In this document: positions 37,099-50,200 of the stretch, one piece after another
How the letters are laid out: the number at the start of each line of letters is the position of its first letter
How positions within the stretch are numbered: position 1 is the stretch's first letter
Assembly: GCA_043228905.1 (NCBI GenBank)
Contig: JBHGNT010000001.1
Coordinates: forward strand, 26,722,001-26,786,000
Direction of reading: 5' to 3'
From: Azolla caroliniana
Taxonomy: Eukaryota > Plantae > Polypodiophyta
Length of the DNA stretch: 64,000 nt
Position numbers and translations under genes: made by a program
The notes under the pieces: model-generated
Database searches by the model: none
Told to the model about the DNA's origin: nothing
What the model saw: the letters and a program-made list of their open reading frames with translations, nothing else

Positions 37099-38269
37099 GT
37101 GAAGACTAGTGCTTGGAGCCTTTAGTGAGCTTTTCGTAAGCTCCTGAGGGAACCATCGTCCATCCTGGGGACATCCAAGGGTAAGGAAGGTAAGGGGTGA
37201 TTATTCTTCTATAATAATAATTACCCACTTGTATTTGCTTGTCAATTATCATGTCAATCATTCGGTTAAATTTTAGTGTTTATTTTAATTTATTGTGGCT
37301 TCACCTAAATTATTTTCTTGTTTGTTGTTTTTTCTATCGTTTGATTAATCTTCTTAATCTAGATGTTTAGTCAATCTTCTTAAATTATTTAGGACCGTTA
37401 ATTTTGTGTTATTTTATGTTATTTTCTATTGTCTCTACTTTTATTTTTCTTCTTAGGGCTATAAACCTGGAGGGAAGATACAACTAGAATTTAAGGAATT
37501 TTCAAATTCCTTAAAAGCAATGATTAGGACAACTATAATGTATTTAAGCTTTTGATGGTTTACTTAGTGCTTGCCCTTAAACCTGAAGCCCAAATCTCGA
37601 GGAAAAAGCTCAATTCCAGTCCTAAAAGGTGAGTCTCAAAGCTCCAGCCTTGAAGGGTGAGTTTGTAGGCTCGAGCCTTAAAGGTCAAGCTTGAAAGCTT
37701 GAGCCCCAAGGGCAAATAACTTTGAAGCTCAAAGCTCGAAATTGGCTCACCCAAACCTTAGAAAACGTACTTAACATGGCACAACTAGATGAGGGGCCTA
37801 GAAATAACAATAAGACCTATAGAGGTTCATTGGCATCTATGTAACACCTGAATTAGACTGAAATAGGAGCCAACAACCTGCTTGCCTACCATACACATCC
37901 CACACATAATGATCTAGTTGTAGACAACATGACATTAGAACATGATCACATAGATGTCCTAGAACTTAAGGCCATGGATAAGGAGATTAAAATATAGTCT
38001 CCCCCATAGTACGTAAAATTCGTGTTCGTCTGCCATATCATTCGTTTTCATACGTTGGAAAACGAACACGAATGATATGCAAATATTCGTGTGTTTTTTT
38101 TTTTTCATTTTTTTTCAATTTTTTTCAATTTTTTTCAATTTTTCCCTCTTTTCTCCCTTTTCCTCTGCACTAACGTTACGCTCTCTTCTCCTCTACAACC
38201 TAGCCTCAAACGATTTGCGATTCTGCAAAGTGCATTCAACCTTCAGGTATATTTAGTGTAGAAATATGG

Positions 38270-38750
38270 TTTTAATTTCAGTGATGAAATTTCTGTGCTG
38301 AAAAATCAGAAATTTCTATGCTAAAAAATCAGAAATTTCATCACAAAATTTCAGAAATTTCATCACAGAAATTTCAGTGATGAAATTTCATCAACGAAAT
38401 TTCAGTGATGATTGAAATTTCTGAAATTTCAATCAAATTTTCTGAAATTTCAATCATCACTGAAATTTCTGAAATTTTGATTGAAATTTCAGAAATTTCA
38501 GTGATGAAATTTCAGAAATTTCAGTGATGAAATTTCATCTTTCAGAAATTTCGTGATGAAATTTCATCACTGAAATTTTTGAAATTTCATAATTTCAGAA
38601 ATTTCTTGATGAAATTTTTGAAATTTCATCACTGAAATTTCTGTGATGTAATGTTTGAAATTTTTGTGATGAAATGTCTGAAATTTCATCATAGAAATTT
38701 CAGAAATTGATGCAATTTCAGAAATTTTTGTGATGAAATTTCTGAAATGA
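38270..38750. repeat. Dense array of palindromic GAAATTTC-cored repeats, probably inside a 5'-UTR intron (38247-38799) of the transposase
   Basis: Dozens of (T/A)GAAATTTC(A/T) units separated by AGTGAT/ATCACT spacers; CAG|GTATAT donor at 38247 and TTTAG acceptor at 38799, 6 nt before the ATG. Confidence 0.8.
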
Positions 38751-38805
38751 CAAAATTACAATAAATAGATTTTGATATTTACGTTTTACATTAATTTAGG
38801 AACTA

Positions 38806-40906
38806 ATGGGTAGACAAAAAGGCCTGGAGTGGGAACATGTTCTAATTCAAGTAAAGAATGCAAAAGGAACGCATTTGATGAAATGCAAATATTGTAATCA
38901 TGTCTTTGTTGGTGGTCCTCATCGAATTAGGGCCCATATATTGGGAATAAGAGGACAAGGTGTAGAAAAATGCACAAAAGCAAGCGATACCGTGAGGAAT
39001 CAATTCAAAAATGCAATGGTTCATGGAAATGATCACTTGAATTCAGATGTACAAAAAGATGCAAATAATATTACTATTGTTAATGCTAATGCAGATGTGT
39101 CTACAGATGCCTCTATTTCTAGTTCCATTTCAATGAATAAAATGGCTACTAAAAAGCAAAAAACAGAGACGAGTGGCTCACTCCCAATGTCTTTTGAATT
39201 GGCATTGAGGAAACAAGCAGAAGAGGCTATTGCAAGATTTTTTTATGCGGAAGATATTGCACATCGGAAAGTGGAAAGCTCATTTTTCCATGATATGCTT
39301 ATGGTTGTTTCAAAAGTGGGTCCTTCGTTTAAAGCACCTTCTGCTTATCAATTGCGTAAAAAATATCTTAATGGAGAAGTTGTAAATGTTGAGTGTGATC
39401 TTATATTGTTGAAAGAGAGTTGGAAGACATAAGGATGCACTATTGTTAGCGATGGTTGGTCAGACACTAGAAATAGACCAATTATTAACGTTTTAGCTTC
39501 TTCACTACATGGCACAATGTTTTTGAAATCAATAGATACAAGTGGTCATGTCAAGACAGGTGAATACATATTTAAACTTTTGAAGGATGTTATTCTTGAA
39601 GTTGGACCATCAAATGTAGTTCAAGTTTGTATGGATAATGCTGCAAATTGTGTGGTTGCGGGACATATGATAGAAAAGGAGTGGCCATCTATAATTTACA
39701 CTAGATGCACATGCCATTGTGTTGATTTGTTGTTGGAGGATATTGCCAAATGTGCTTGGATTGATGCCATTTTGCGATCAGCTATGAAGATTAGTGGTTT
39801 CATAACTAGAAAGCAATATGTTTTGGCCATGTTTCGCAAGTTTAGTGGAAAAGACTTGCTTAAACCTTCTACGACTAGGTTTTCTTACAGTTTTATTGTG
39901 TTATCCAATTTGTTGGATGATAAAGTTTATGGTGGTTTGAGAAGAATGGTGGTTAGTGAACAATGGTGCAAATGGAATGGTGCCAAAACAAAGAAAGCAG
40001 AAGAGATGGTTTCAATTGTATTGGATGCTAACTTTTGGGCAGATGTAAAGATGATTGTGAAGGTATGCAAACCAATTTTAAAGCTTCTTCGTTTGGCTGA
40101 CAGGGAAGGTGCTACAATGGGATTGATTTATCAATTTAAACAACAAATGTTGATGGAGATAAAACAATATGACAGATATTGATCCTATGAAGCTTGATGA
40201 AATAAAAGAGTGTTGCATACATAGACTAACAATGTTGGAATCGCCATTGCATGCAACGGGATATGTCTTGCATCCATTATGGACAACAAATGATCAAGAA
40301 ATAGATCATGATTTACAAATGGGCTGGATGAAAACAGTCATGCTTTATGCTAGTGGTAATTTAGTTTTACAAAATGCTTTGTTAGATGAGTTTTATGCAT
40401 ATAGAAAACAAGCATCAGCTTTGTTTCAAGTTCCATTTGCAAAGGATGCTAATAGATTAAGCACACTAATCAAATGGTGGGAAACGTTTGGAGCAAGCAC
40501 ACCCAATTTGAAGAAACTTGCAATTAGAGTGTTATCTCAAGGTACAAGTGCATCGTCTTGTGAAAGGAATTGGAGTACATTTTCATTATTACATACTAAA
40601 AGGAGAAATAGATTGAGTTCAAATCATGTGCAAAAATTGGTTTTTTTGCACACAAATCTTCGTATTCTTAAGAGGATTAAAGAAAGAGGTTTCAATCCTA
40701 TTGAGGTTACTATTGACATGATAGAGAAAGAAAATGATGAAGAACGATTATTGGTGTTGCAAAGTGAACAAGAAGCACAAGAAGTTGATGAAAATGAGAG
40801 CCTCACCAATGTGATGTCTTATCTTGATGATAATGCACAAGATGAGGATGATGATTTTGAGGATGATGATTTTGAAGATGATGATATCACCTTGAATGAA
40901 GATTAG
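38806..40906 (+). pseudogene. hAT transposase (BED zinc finger, DUF659-type catalytic region, C-terminal dimerization domain) with one premature stop and one frameshift
   Basis: W..V...CKYC.H....HRIRAHI (BED); WKT*GCTIVSDGW with TAA at 39430-39432; VVQVCMDNAAN; CTCHCVDL; TTRF; frameshift near 40170; WWETFG..TPNLKKLAIRVLSQ..SASSCERNWS; acidic tail. Confidence 0.92.
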
Positions 40907-41449
40907 GAATGCTCGTTTTGATGTAACACCTCATTGAGGATTTTTTTGGAGACTAGGCATTTTGGGTAGTTGTTATTAGAATTTACGAAAAAAAGCATAT
41001 TGTTATTAAGAAGGTAATATGTTTTTTTTTTGCAATTTTTTTAATTTTTTTTCCGTGAAAAAATGTTTACCTTATAGTAAACCATTTATCCAAAAGTATG
41101 GTATTTATCATTCTTCGAGAGTGTTTATCATTCTCGAATGATTGAATCATTCTCGAACACGAATGCACGAATGGTACGCATGGTTCATACTATGGTCTCC
41201 CCAACTAGTCAAAGGTGGGAGATATGAGGCAATCACCATCAAAATAAGAGTTACTTACGGTAAACATACATTCACACAAGAAGCACTCCAAGAGACTCAC
41301 CATCATGGGACATGGGCAAAGTTCACCTAAAGACAGAGATGGTTCACACGATAACACAAATAGACCAATTAGCACCTAGTTCATGGGAGGCTACCTATAG
41401 GTGTGGCCACAATGTGAGAAAGCTTGAGGCAACACATCTATATTTTCCC

Positions 41450-41618
41450 CAAACCGGTTAAGGCTTAATCTATTTGGCTAAATCGGTTCATTAACTAGTT
41501 TAGGCTTAAGTGGTTTAGGAGCCAGTTTGGTTCAAGTTTGAAAACTCTGAAACTGGTTAAGGCTTAACTTGTTTCGTTTGGACAAGGCCAAACTGGTTAA
41601 GCCGAAACCGAGTTGCTG
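41450..41618. mobile_element. Fragment of an AACCG-type hAT MITE (one end only)
   Basis: AAACCGG/AACTGG motifs ending in CCGAGTTGCTG, which resembles the TAGCAATCGG TIR of the 5013 MITE. Confidence 0.4.
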
Positions 41619-42365
41619 ATTCTTATTAATTGTGCTTTCGTAACATCCAATCCCAATAGATATGCCAAATAATAAAAAAATCAAACATGTTTTCAACCAC
41701 ATATTTTTCCCATCCTAGACATTCCAAATCCCTCTCAATAAAGAAGATTAGAAGACTTCCTCCAACTAATATGCGCATATCTATTGGGATTGGATGTTAC
41801 GAAAGCACAATTAATAAGAATCAAACATGTTTTCAAATTTCAACCACATATTTTTCCCATCCTAGACATTTCAAATCCCTCTCAATAAAGGAGATTAGAA
41901 GACTTCCTCCAACTAATATGTAATCTAAACACCAGGGAGAATTAGTTTGATATGTGCATCCCCTTCTCAACTTGTAGAAACATAAAAAAACTCATCTACC
42001 AAATCTTGCATTATTTGTCATCTCCTCATATAGAAGTGGTAGTCTTATAATCACCATTAGTTGAAAGCCTTGATAACATCACCAACAAGGGATGATAAAA
42101 TATAACAACCAACATTGGCTAAGTTGACACTCTTGACAAACAAATCTCGTGAGAGAAATGTATTGTCACAACACAATCATGTATGATGTCACCCCAACAT
42201 TAGACATTATATGGGTCATAAATGATCAAAAGCCCATTGTATGCATTAACCTTGAAATAAGAACCAATTGACATGATCATAAACTTTGTCCAAATCTAAT
42301 TGCACCATAATCATTTATTGATGAGTATGTCGAGCATAATCCATGGCCATTTGAACATTAAGCAC
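41617..42365 (-). mobile_element. Degraded RT fragment related to the 5391-11725 LINE, with an internal inversion-duplication
   Basis: 42230-42365 is co-linear with 7388-7520 (LDLxKxYDHVNW region); GACTTCCTCCAACTAATATGTAATC matches 7047-7071. Confidence 0.7.
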
Positions 42366-43300
42366 TTAATATGATACATGCAATGAAACTCTATTGGGAT
42401 ATGTGCATGTGTGAGAGAAGAATAGTTAATATTTCTACCCCCATGATTATCTAAGATTGAAACTTCAAAGTTTCAACTTTTACTTGTAAGGGCCACTTTT
42501 GAGTCACGAGGGGTCACTTTCCCCATAATGGAGTAATTGAAGGATTGGGGGACATTACTCCCTAATGGTAAAAATCACGTCATATGCCAACACCAAGTAT
42601 CATTTACCTCTTCATTCCTTGCAATTGTGGAGTCCGCGAAGTCTTCCAAGTTAAAATAAAATAAACACACACCTAGCTACTGCACAAATTAAGAAGTATA
42701 TTTGTCTTAACTAAATAAGTAATTGTTGCATAAGGTACATACGCAATGTCGTGATATGATGAGTGCACATGAGGAAAATTATATATATATAATATTTAGG
42801 GAGAAGGGAGACGTATGGATAATGGAGAGAAGGTCTTGAGACAAGAGAAACTCAAACATAACAAAAAGACTTAGCTTGGTCCTCAAGAGCTTACACTAGG
42901 AGCAAAAGGTTAGAGTTTTGAATCTTATAATGGGCAATGACAGTAGAAAAGTGATCTATAGTAAGCAACTAGGCATGTGGTCGAGATATATGGTAAAAAT
43001 GAAAAGTTGGTGGAATTGTTTTGCATTAATTGACTCTTGGGGTCAAGTGCTACAAAAAGAAACTTACTATTTTGGTAAGGCCCCCTTAAAACCTATTATA
43101 GGGAGAGAACAACTCATTGTTTAGGGGTCAAATTTTGTATCAAGGTGAAAGTGCAATTGAAATCTCAAACGAGCTTGTTGTAGAGAATCAAAAGGAAGTT
43201 AGAGATCACTGACAAGAAGAGGCAACCCATCCTCTGTGGTTGAAGTCCCCAATGATCCCACTCACGTTTCACATGCATGCACATAACTCACAACATTGGG

Positions 43301-43670
43301 TAATTAATGTGGAAAAGTTTCATGGAAGAAAGTGATTCTTCGTGAATGCAAAGGATAGAGAATGAAGACCAAAAGGTAGCCCCCAAGTTAGGATGTCTTA
43401 GTTAAATTGATCATTGCTAAGTAAAAAAATGCATAATGCAATTAATTAATGTAGAAAAGTTCCATGGAGGATTGAGGAAAGTGATTCTTAGTGAATGCAA
43501 AGGAAAAAGAATGAAGACCAATGGGTAGCCCTAAAGTTAGGGTGCCCAAAGGTTTTTTACAATAGAGCTCTTGCCTACAAGCCCATCGTGCAATAGCCAT
43601 TGATGCCTAATAAAGGATAGTAGAGCTCTTGCCTAGAAGCCCTTTGTGTAGTAGCCATTGATGCCTAATA
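43301..43670. repeat. Two adjacent tandem duplications (about 140-bp and 58-bp periods)
   Basis: TAATTAATGT.GAAAAGTT.CATGGA...GTTAGG at about 43301 and 43443; TAGAGCTCTTGCCTA.AAGCCC...GATGCCTAATA at about 43563 and 43621. Confidence 0.7.
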
Positions 43671-46215
43671 TATGATAGTTCCCAGAAATTATAATATGGT
43701 CATTTTTCTTATATAGATTTGACTAATGAGCAATATTCTTATAGATCTTCGGAAACAATAAGCCTCATAATGTTGTCAAAAACTAAAGAATATGACCTTA
43801 TTTCCCTTAACACTCATGTTCAATACATGCTATATTTGAGTTGAAATTTAGTTTCGTATGTTCCTCCACGCGCTCATTAAAAAGAGTAAAAAGTCTCTCC
43901 ATTTTAACATTCTCTATATTTCGATCAAATATGCCTTATTGAGTGTTAGCTTTCTACTTATTCACTTGTAGAAAATTCAACATAGTCTTCTTATGAGCTT
44001 CCGATTAGAAATTTTACAACATGAATAACATTTTTTTGATTCTAATGTAAATTGATTTCATTGATACTCCAAATCTAAAAATCATGTTATTGGGAATGAG
44101 GATGGTGGTTATGCATAACTTTTTCTTTTCTAGGAACACTTTATATTCTTCATCGAAAATCTCAATTATTGGCATTATCTCAAGTGCTTTATTTGAATAA
44201 TTGTTTATTGTAATGATATAATGGTGAATACATTGACGAGGTAATAATTCATATGGATCAATACATTAATACCAATGACATTTCTCACCATATTGATGAA
44301 TGACCATTGGTAAGCCATGTCATTGCTTTCATTCACTTGATTGCATGATCACCTTGCCTTCCTTTTTTTGAGACGCTTTTGACTATCTTAATATTCATTG
44401 CAACCGTTGACGTAATTTGTATGTGCTCAATTAAGTCATATTGATATGAGGTTGCCTTCATCTTTAAAATAACGCCATGAGCAAAGTCCAACCTAATGCA
44501 ACCAATTAAAAATTGCCCTTAAGACCTTTGAGGAATAGCCTTAATGGCATCCAATAGGTCTTGCATGTGCATGCATTAAGATGCCGAAGTATGCTAAACT
44601 CCATTGCACCAAAGGCCATGATAATAACAAGTTGCGCATGAACAAAAGTTTAGAAATCTTATTTAAACAATATTGAAAGTGATTGTTTATTGGCAGATAA
44701 ATTCAAATAACAATAAAGATTACTAGATATTATGTTTTCATTGAATATATGAGTATATATGTATACATGTTTATATACCTACCCATGTTATCGCATTGAA
44801 CTACCACCGAAGTTTGGATCATAATGTAATATAATACATATCTCAACAACAACAATCATGATAAGTTGACATGGTTGATATTTACTTCCATTGTTATTAA
44901 TTAGTAATAAAAGTGGGCTATATATATAATGGCACACCAACATACCAACATTACCCCACAATAAGAACTAGAAAATATAGAAATGTAGTGCCAAAGTTCA
45001 TCCAACTTGAAAAACTTTAAATAAACATATTATGGAAGTTATGCTCAATGATCCATTTGACTTCATAACTAATTGAAAAAAGAGTCAATAATATGAACTT
45101 TGGCGAGACATTTTATTCAAACCACATGTCATAATTATCAATCATTATAAGACTTATGTCATTTGTGTTGTCCCTTTGAATGAGGTCATGTGGATGCTCT
45201 AATTAAATGATGGGCCATGGACTCAAACATATACCCATTGAGCCTTTGATGTATATTTTGGTTGTTATAGAGCTTCTCATTAGAATTTATTTGTAATTTT
45301 AGACATTGAAACTTGAAGCCTCTACAATCTTTGCTAATATACATTGAAAAAATATGCAATAGTATCTTTTAGCTTTTGATACCCCCATCATTTTCAATGA
45401 TATTGAAATATTAGCTACATGCACCATCTTGTGAAACTTGTGTACAAAGAAATTAACTTATGATTGAGAAAGTTAAAAGTAAATAAGTGTAAGTATGATT
45501 GATTGTAAATATCATTATGAAGATGATAATGTGAAATACTATGTCATGAAGTAAATGTCTCATCTTTAGAATTCCATGTGTATGATGTTAATGCACTCCT
45601 ATTAAGACATGTATGTCTCATATAACCAATGCTATATTTGATGCCATATTATATGTTGTGTATTGGACATGCATATGTGTGTAAGTATCATGATTCACTA
45701 GCTCATGGGATTGCTAGCTCTAAAAACTATCTCAAGTATGCTATTTTCAAGATATTATCATGCAACTTGATATGGTAAATATACTATGTACACAGTACAT
45801 GTAACCTCAAAGAGTAAGACAAGTTTTTCTTTGTGAGGATGGTCAACCATAAACAATCCAAAGCATTATAAGCACATAGGGGGTAGCTGACTATATAGGA
45901 GGTCAACGATGAAGGATGTTGCCCAAATTTTTCATATTCGCAAACAAACCTAGTGTTGACCATGGTTTTAGAGTCACGTAGATATGGTGAGGGAGAGGTT
46001 TACCTGAGATAAATATTGAAGTGCTTAACTAGTATTGGATTTTTGTTAAGTATCTGGCACTCAGTACACCGACATCGTGAAGATGCGCAACAATGGTGTG
46101 AAATTCTCGTAAAAGAGGGCCAATTGCGAGAGTGTAAACATGTGCGAACGTGGGGCAAGGGTGGCACAGGCACATGCACAAAAATAAGGAAAAGGGAAAG
46201 GTGCATGAGGTGCAC

Positions 46216-46935
46216 AATTAGAATTAGAATTAGACTTTTTCTCATCCATAAAGAGGTCAGTTTTGACCTATGGGACCAGAGTATACATGTGTTCTTGATA
46301 TGTGTCTCCTTCCTAAGAAAGGGTATTCATACATTGAAGCACAAAGTCTCTATGTGTGAATAAAGAATACACATATGAGCTCAACCCGTCTAGGTGGTGT
46401 CTTAAGTATGTCACTTAAGTTATCACTCCCTCTTAGTATGCTAACATATCTTGAACGAATTGCACTGTATGTCGAACATGAGAAGAACAAGTGACGTTCA
46501 TCCTCAACCATGCCTTCATTGCATACTTTACATGCCTTCAAATTCGTTTTATATTTTGATACCATGATACAACTTCAATACCTAACTTGTGAGATGAGTC
46601 CAAAGTAGTGTAAGGGCTCTACGAGCATTACTACTCATATTGGTAATGAGATAAGGTTGGATACGATCAATAAGCATTCTTGCTTTATATTGAGACCAAC
46701 ATTCTAGGCTAGCATTTGCAATGTAGTATTCTAGCTTTGTCCTCTTAGCATCTTCCCACTTCATCCTTAATGATTCCACCAACCTTTCCTCAATCATTAC
46801 ATAATGCATAACATCCCCTGAAAGCTCTAAAAGATCATCCACACCCCATCTTCTAAACTATTTCCTTATGTTAACAACCAAACTGGATGAGAGAATCTTA
46901 CTCTTATGATTCTTTTGTAACTTACATATGTCAAG
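46216..46935 (-). mobile_element. 3' fragment of an RTE/RTEX-like non-LTR retrotransposon
   Basis: CKVCNEGMVEDERHLFFSCSTYSAIRSRY zinc-finger motif preceded by PYL....ARRALTL; probable (TCTAAT)n tail at 46216-46234. Confidence 0.6.
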
Positions 46936-46936
46936 T

Positions 46937-46938
<2 letters not shown>

Positions 46939-46997
<59 letters not shown>
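46939..46997. repeat. (GA)n microsatellite
   Basis: Direct reading. Confidence 0.95.
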
Positions 46998-47000
<3 letters not shown>

Positions 47001-47001
<1 letters not shown>

Positions 47002-47296
47002 GTAAAGATAATGTATTGCACTAGAAGATGGAATACAATGAGTAAACAACAAGGGAACTCTAGAATGGCGTTGAACCAAATTGGTTCATCCCTTATTATT
47101 AGATGCGTATTTATAAGTCTTAATAGGGTATTCTAGAAAGTCCTAGAATGAAGATTATGATAGAATATTCTAGAATGTTGTAGACAATAGAGCACTCTAG
47201 AATATTCTAGAACATTCTAGAACATAGAGTACTCTAGAATACTTTATAATATTCTATATAGTTTATAAATTCTTTGCACATAAATATATCATTACA
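47001..47296. mobile_element. Short LTR-like sequence containing heat-shock-element arrays
   Basis: TGTAAAGAT...ATCATTACA inverted termini; TATA-like TATTTATA; repeated TTCTAGAA. The flanking 5-mers do not match, so no TSD. Confidence 0.55.
47199..47223. promoter_or_regulatory. Perfect 5-unit heat shock element
   Basis: AGAAT-ATTCT-AGAAC-ATTCT-AGAAC is an alternating nGAAn/nTTCn array. Confidence 0.65.
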
Positions 47297-50200
47297 ATGG
47301 TTAAGAACTCAACATGTATATAACAAGGTTGTGGGTTTGATTCCTTGTAAACCCAAATCGTATATAAGTGTCGTCATGACAACATCCAACATTCCAAGCA
47401 AAAAGTAAGTGAGGAGAATTGCATGTGTGCAATGCGGTATAGGGATAAGAAGCACATCTGAATAAAGGAATGAAAAGTAGGTGCACAAGTACATAAAAGT
47501 CATGAGAGAAGGACATTCACACACACACACACACACACAAAATGATAAATAAACCTTGATTTAAGGCCAATATTCCTCTCTTGAAAAAGAGAGAATATTA
47601 GGCTATTAAATGTAGAGTGGCGCCCTCCTCTCTTGTTTCACTATAGAAGGGGAGGGGAGCCACTTAAATGCTTCTTGCTTCTTCGTCATTTTTTTCATTT
47701 TAGGTTTTCTTGGAGCACTTCTCTCTCACACTCACACGCACCCTCCTTCTCTCTTACACACTCGCCTTCCCATCACAAGGCGTGTTAGTCCCTCAAGGTT
47801 CGAGGTCATTGTTCGTTGTTGCGAGTCTGTGTGTTCACCGTTCAAGAGACTCGATCGTGGTGTTGGTGTTCATCCTCGCATTCGTCGTCGCAAGCCCGAC
47901 AGCTCGTTGTTTGTGTGATCATGCGTGCGGGTCGTAGAAGAGAACGTGATTGAAGTGCTTGAGTTGGGAGTCGTGGTCATTGTCGAACCCTCGCTTATTC
48001 GCGACACCGGTTGTGGAGATTTTGGCTTCATCAAGAGACGATGAGCTCCACCAACCTTCGGAAAAAGGGGGATAGAACAAACCAATGAGGGAATAATGTA
48101 GGCCAATGGGCAATCCAGTGTGAAAGGAAGACACTTGCCTTGTAAAAAGCTATAAAAGCCACCTTTTGGTGAATTTGGAGCTCCTTCTTGATTCTTAGGG
48201 CTTGTCCTTTTCCATTAGTACACTAACAACTCCCATTATATCTCCTTAACCCTTAATTAGAGTTAAGAGAGATCAGGGTTAAGAGCTACGTAAGCTGAAC
48301 CCTTATCTCCTCCTCTTGTATGGTGCTAAACCTCTTTGTATTAAGAAGGGGTGTTAATGATAATATATCTTCTTTGTGTAAGAAAGAGTAAAGCAAGGGA
48401 GAGAGCTTAAGTACTAATAGGTAAATGCTAAGTAAGCTAGTAGCTTGAAGGTGCTCGACAATCACCATCCCCCAATTCTACATCAAAAGGGTATACGCCA
48501 ATCCAAACTCAAGGTTAATGACATCAACAGGAGGCATAACTCCATCAATTAGATAGATATGTTTCGTGAGGTGCACAAAAGTGACACAATTTTACACAGG
48601 GTGCTCAATAAAGCCAATATATACAATAGAACTATAATACAACTTACACGGTGTTAAGAAACGTTGTTTGCCACAATGTTGAATCCTAGCAAGGAGCAAG
48701 ATAAACAATCAACAGAATCTCAGGGAGAAAATGAGATATATAGATAGATTTCGAAGGTCAAATATGATCTATGAAACAAAAAATATAACATTTGTCACAT
48801 TACATATGAAAGCAAGTAGTGACTCTTGATGCTCAAGAACTTTACTAATGAATGTTGCAATTGAACTCAGAGCACATTATGACAGTGAGACAAATTCATG
48901 CAAGGATTGTTAATTTTTTAAGATGAGTGGAAAGCATAGTCGAATGTGATCAAAGAGGTTCAAAGAGTGATACTCAGACAAGTAGGAACTTGTTTGGAGC
49001 AAAGTGCGCATAGTCCCAAGTTACTCCCTATTGCACAATGTAGTGAATATGAGATAAGTTGCATCGAACCAATGGTTTGAATAGTGGACAATAGGATTGG
49101 CTGAGACATGTATTCATCTATGTGGTTTCCGTTTGACGAAGAATGTCCAGTTTAGTTTGGTGCAACACATGTAGTATAATATGTGAAGCAAGAGCCTCCA
49201 CATTTTTCCCATGTCATGATACATTGACATTGCAGAAGGCCTCATTCACTATCAGCGTAATCTAATAATGCATCCTTTCTTCCAAACCATATTTCCAAAT
49301 CTTGCATTCAATTCACAACATTTTGATTTTATGTCCCTTTTGTATCTTTTTGGTTGCTTCCCATGCGATTCTAGGAAGTCGATACAATCAATGACATTTG
49401 AAAGCATTCTCCTCTACGTAGAATGGTTCAACGAACTAACCTTTTTGGTTATTGCGTCCTTTATCTATATGCTTACCTATAAGCATTAGAGTTATAGAGA
49501 GCTTGTCTCAACATCTACACATGTGGGAGGCACCCCCCCCCACCTGATGAGCATGCAATGTGATCAAGTTGGTAATTTGGTGGTTTTGTGATCAAGGTCA
49601 TCTCAAAATGATTTAAGTACATACATTGTCATCACGAAATTACGAGATACATGCACATTAAGTAGAATCATAATGTCTTTGAACCTAGAGTGAAATTGTT
49701 AACAATCAAAATGTTGTGACTACACTAGGAAAATAAAATTAAAACCCAAAAGACACAAGTGCAAGATCTCAACTTTCAAGTGCACAATCAAATTTAATTG
49801 TGTGAAGAAGAGAGTATGGAATTCTCTATCCCAAAACAAATTATAAGAGCATACTTACCTTATGATCAAGAGGCTATAACCACTATTATAGAACTTGTGG
49901 CCCATATTCGTTTACAAGATGAAAGAATAACTAGGAAAAAAATGAGCTTATTGACAATAGGAACTATCTGAGGATTTGTTTGAGATTATAGAACTCATAT
50001 CCTAACGTTTGTAAGAGTAGAGAATAGAGTTTGATGTCAAAAAAGAGAGCCTTCGCTAGTTTTCATTCTTGAATTCACAAGGAATAGATAAATTAGCTTC
50101 ATATTGGTTGAGTTGAACTGTTGAAGACCAAATTAGGTTTGCGCTAATTATTGAAGACTAAATGAGGTTATTGACACTAGGAATGCTAGACTATAGTTGA

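Larger units (their letters stand above)
38005..41194 (+). mobile_element. Near-complete hAT DNA transposon (3190 bp)
   Basis: Perfect 8-bp TSD GTCTCCCC (37997-38004, 41195-41202); TIRs CATAGTACG / CATACTATG; subterminal CGAACACGAATG at both ends; transposase inside. Confidence 0.95.

Noticed and set aside
45180-45400. GYMFESM-like motif suggesting another hAT transposase
   Set aside because: Too short and degraded to support, and no TIR or TSD was found.
47540-48480. LTR-like CpG-rich region with short ORFs
   Set aside because: No termini, TSD or protein motif could be defined by eye.
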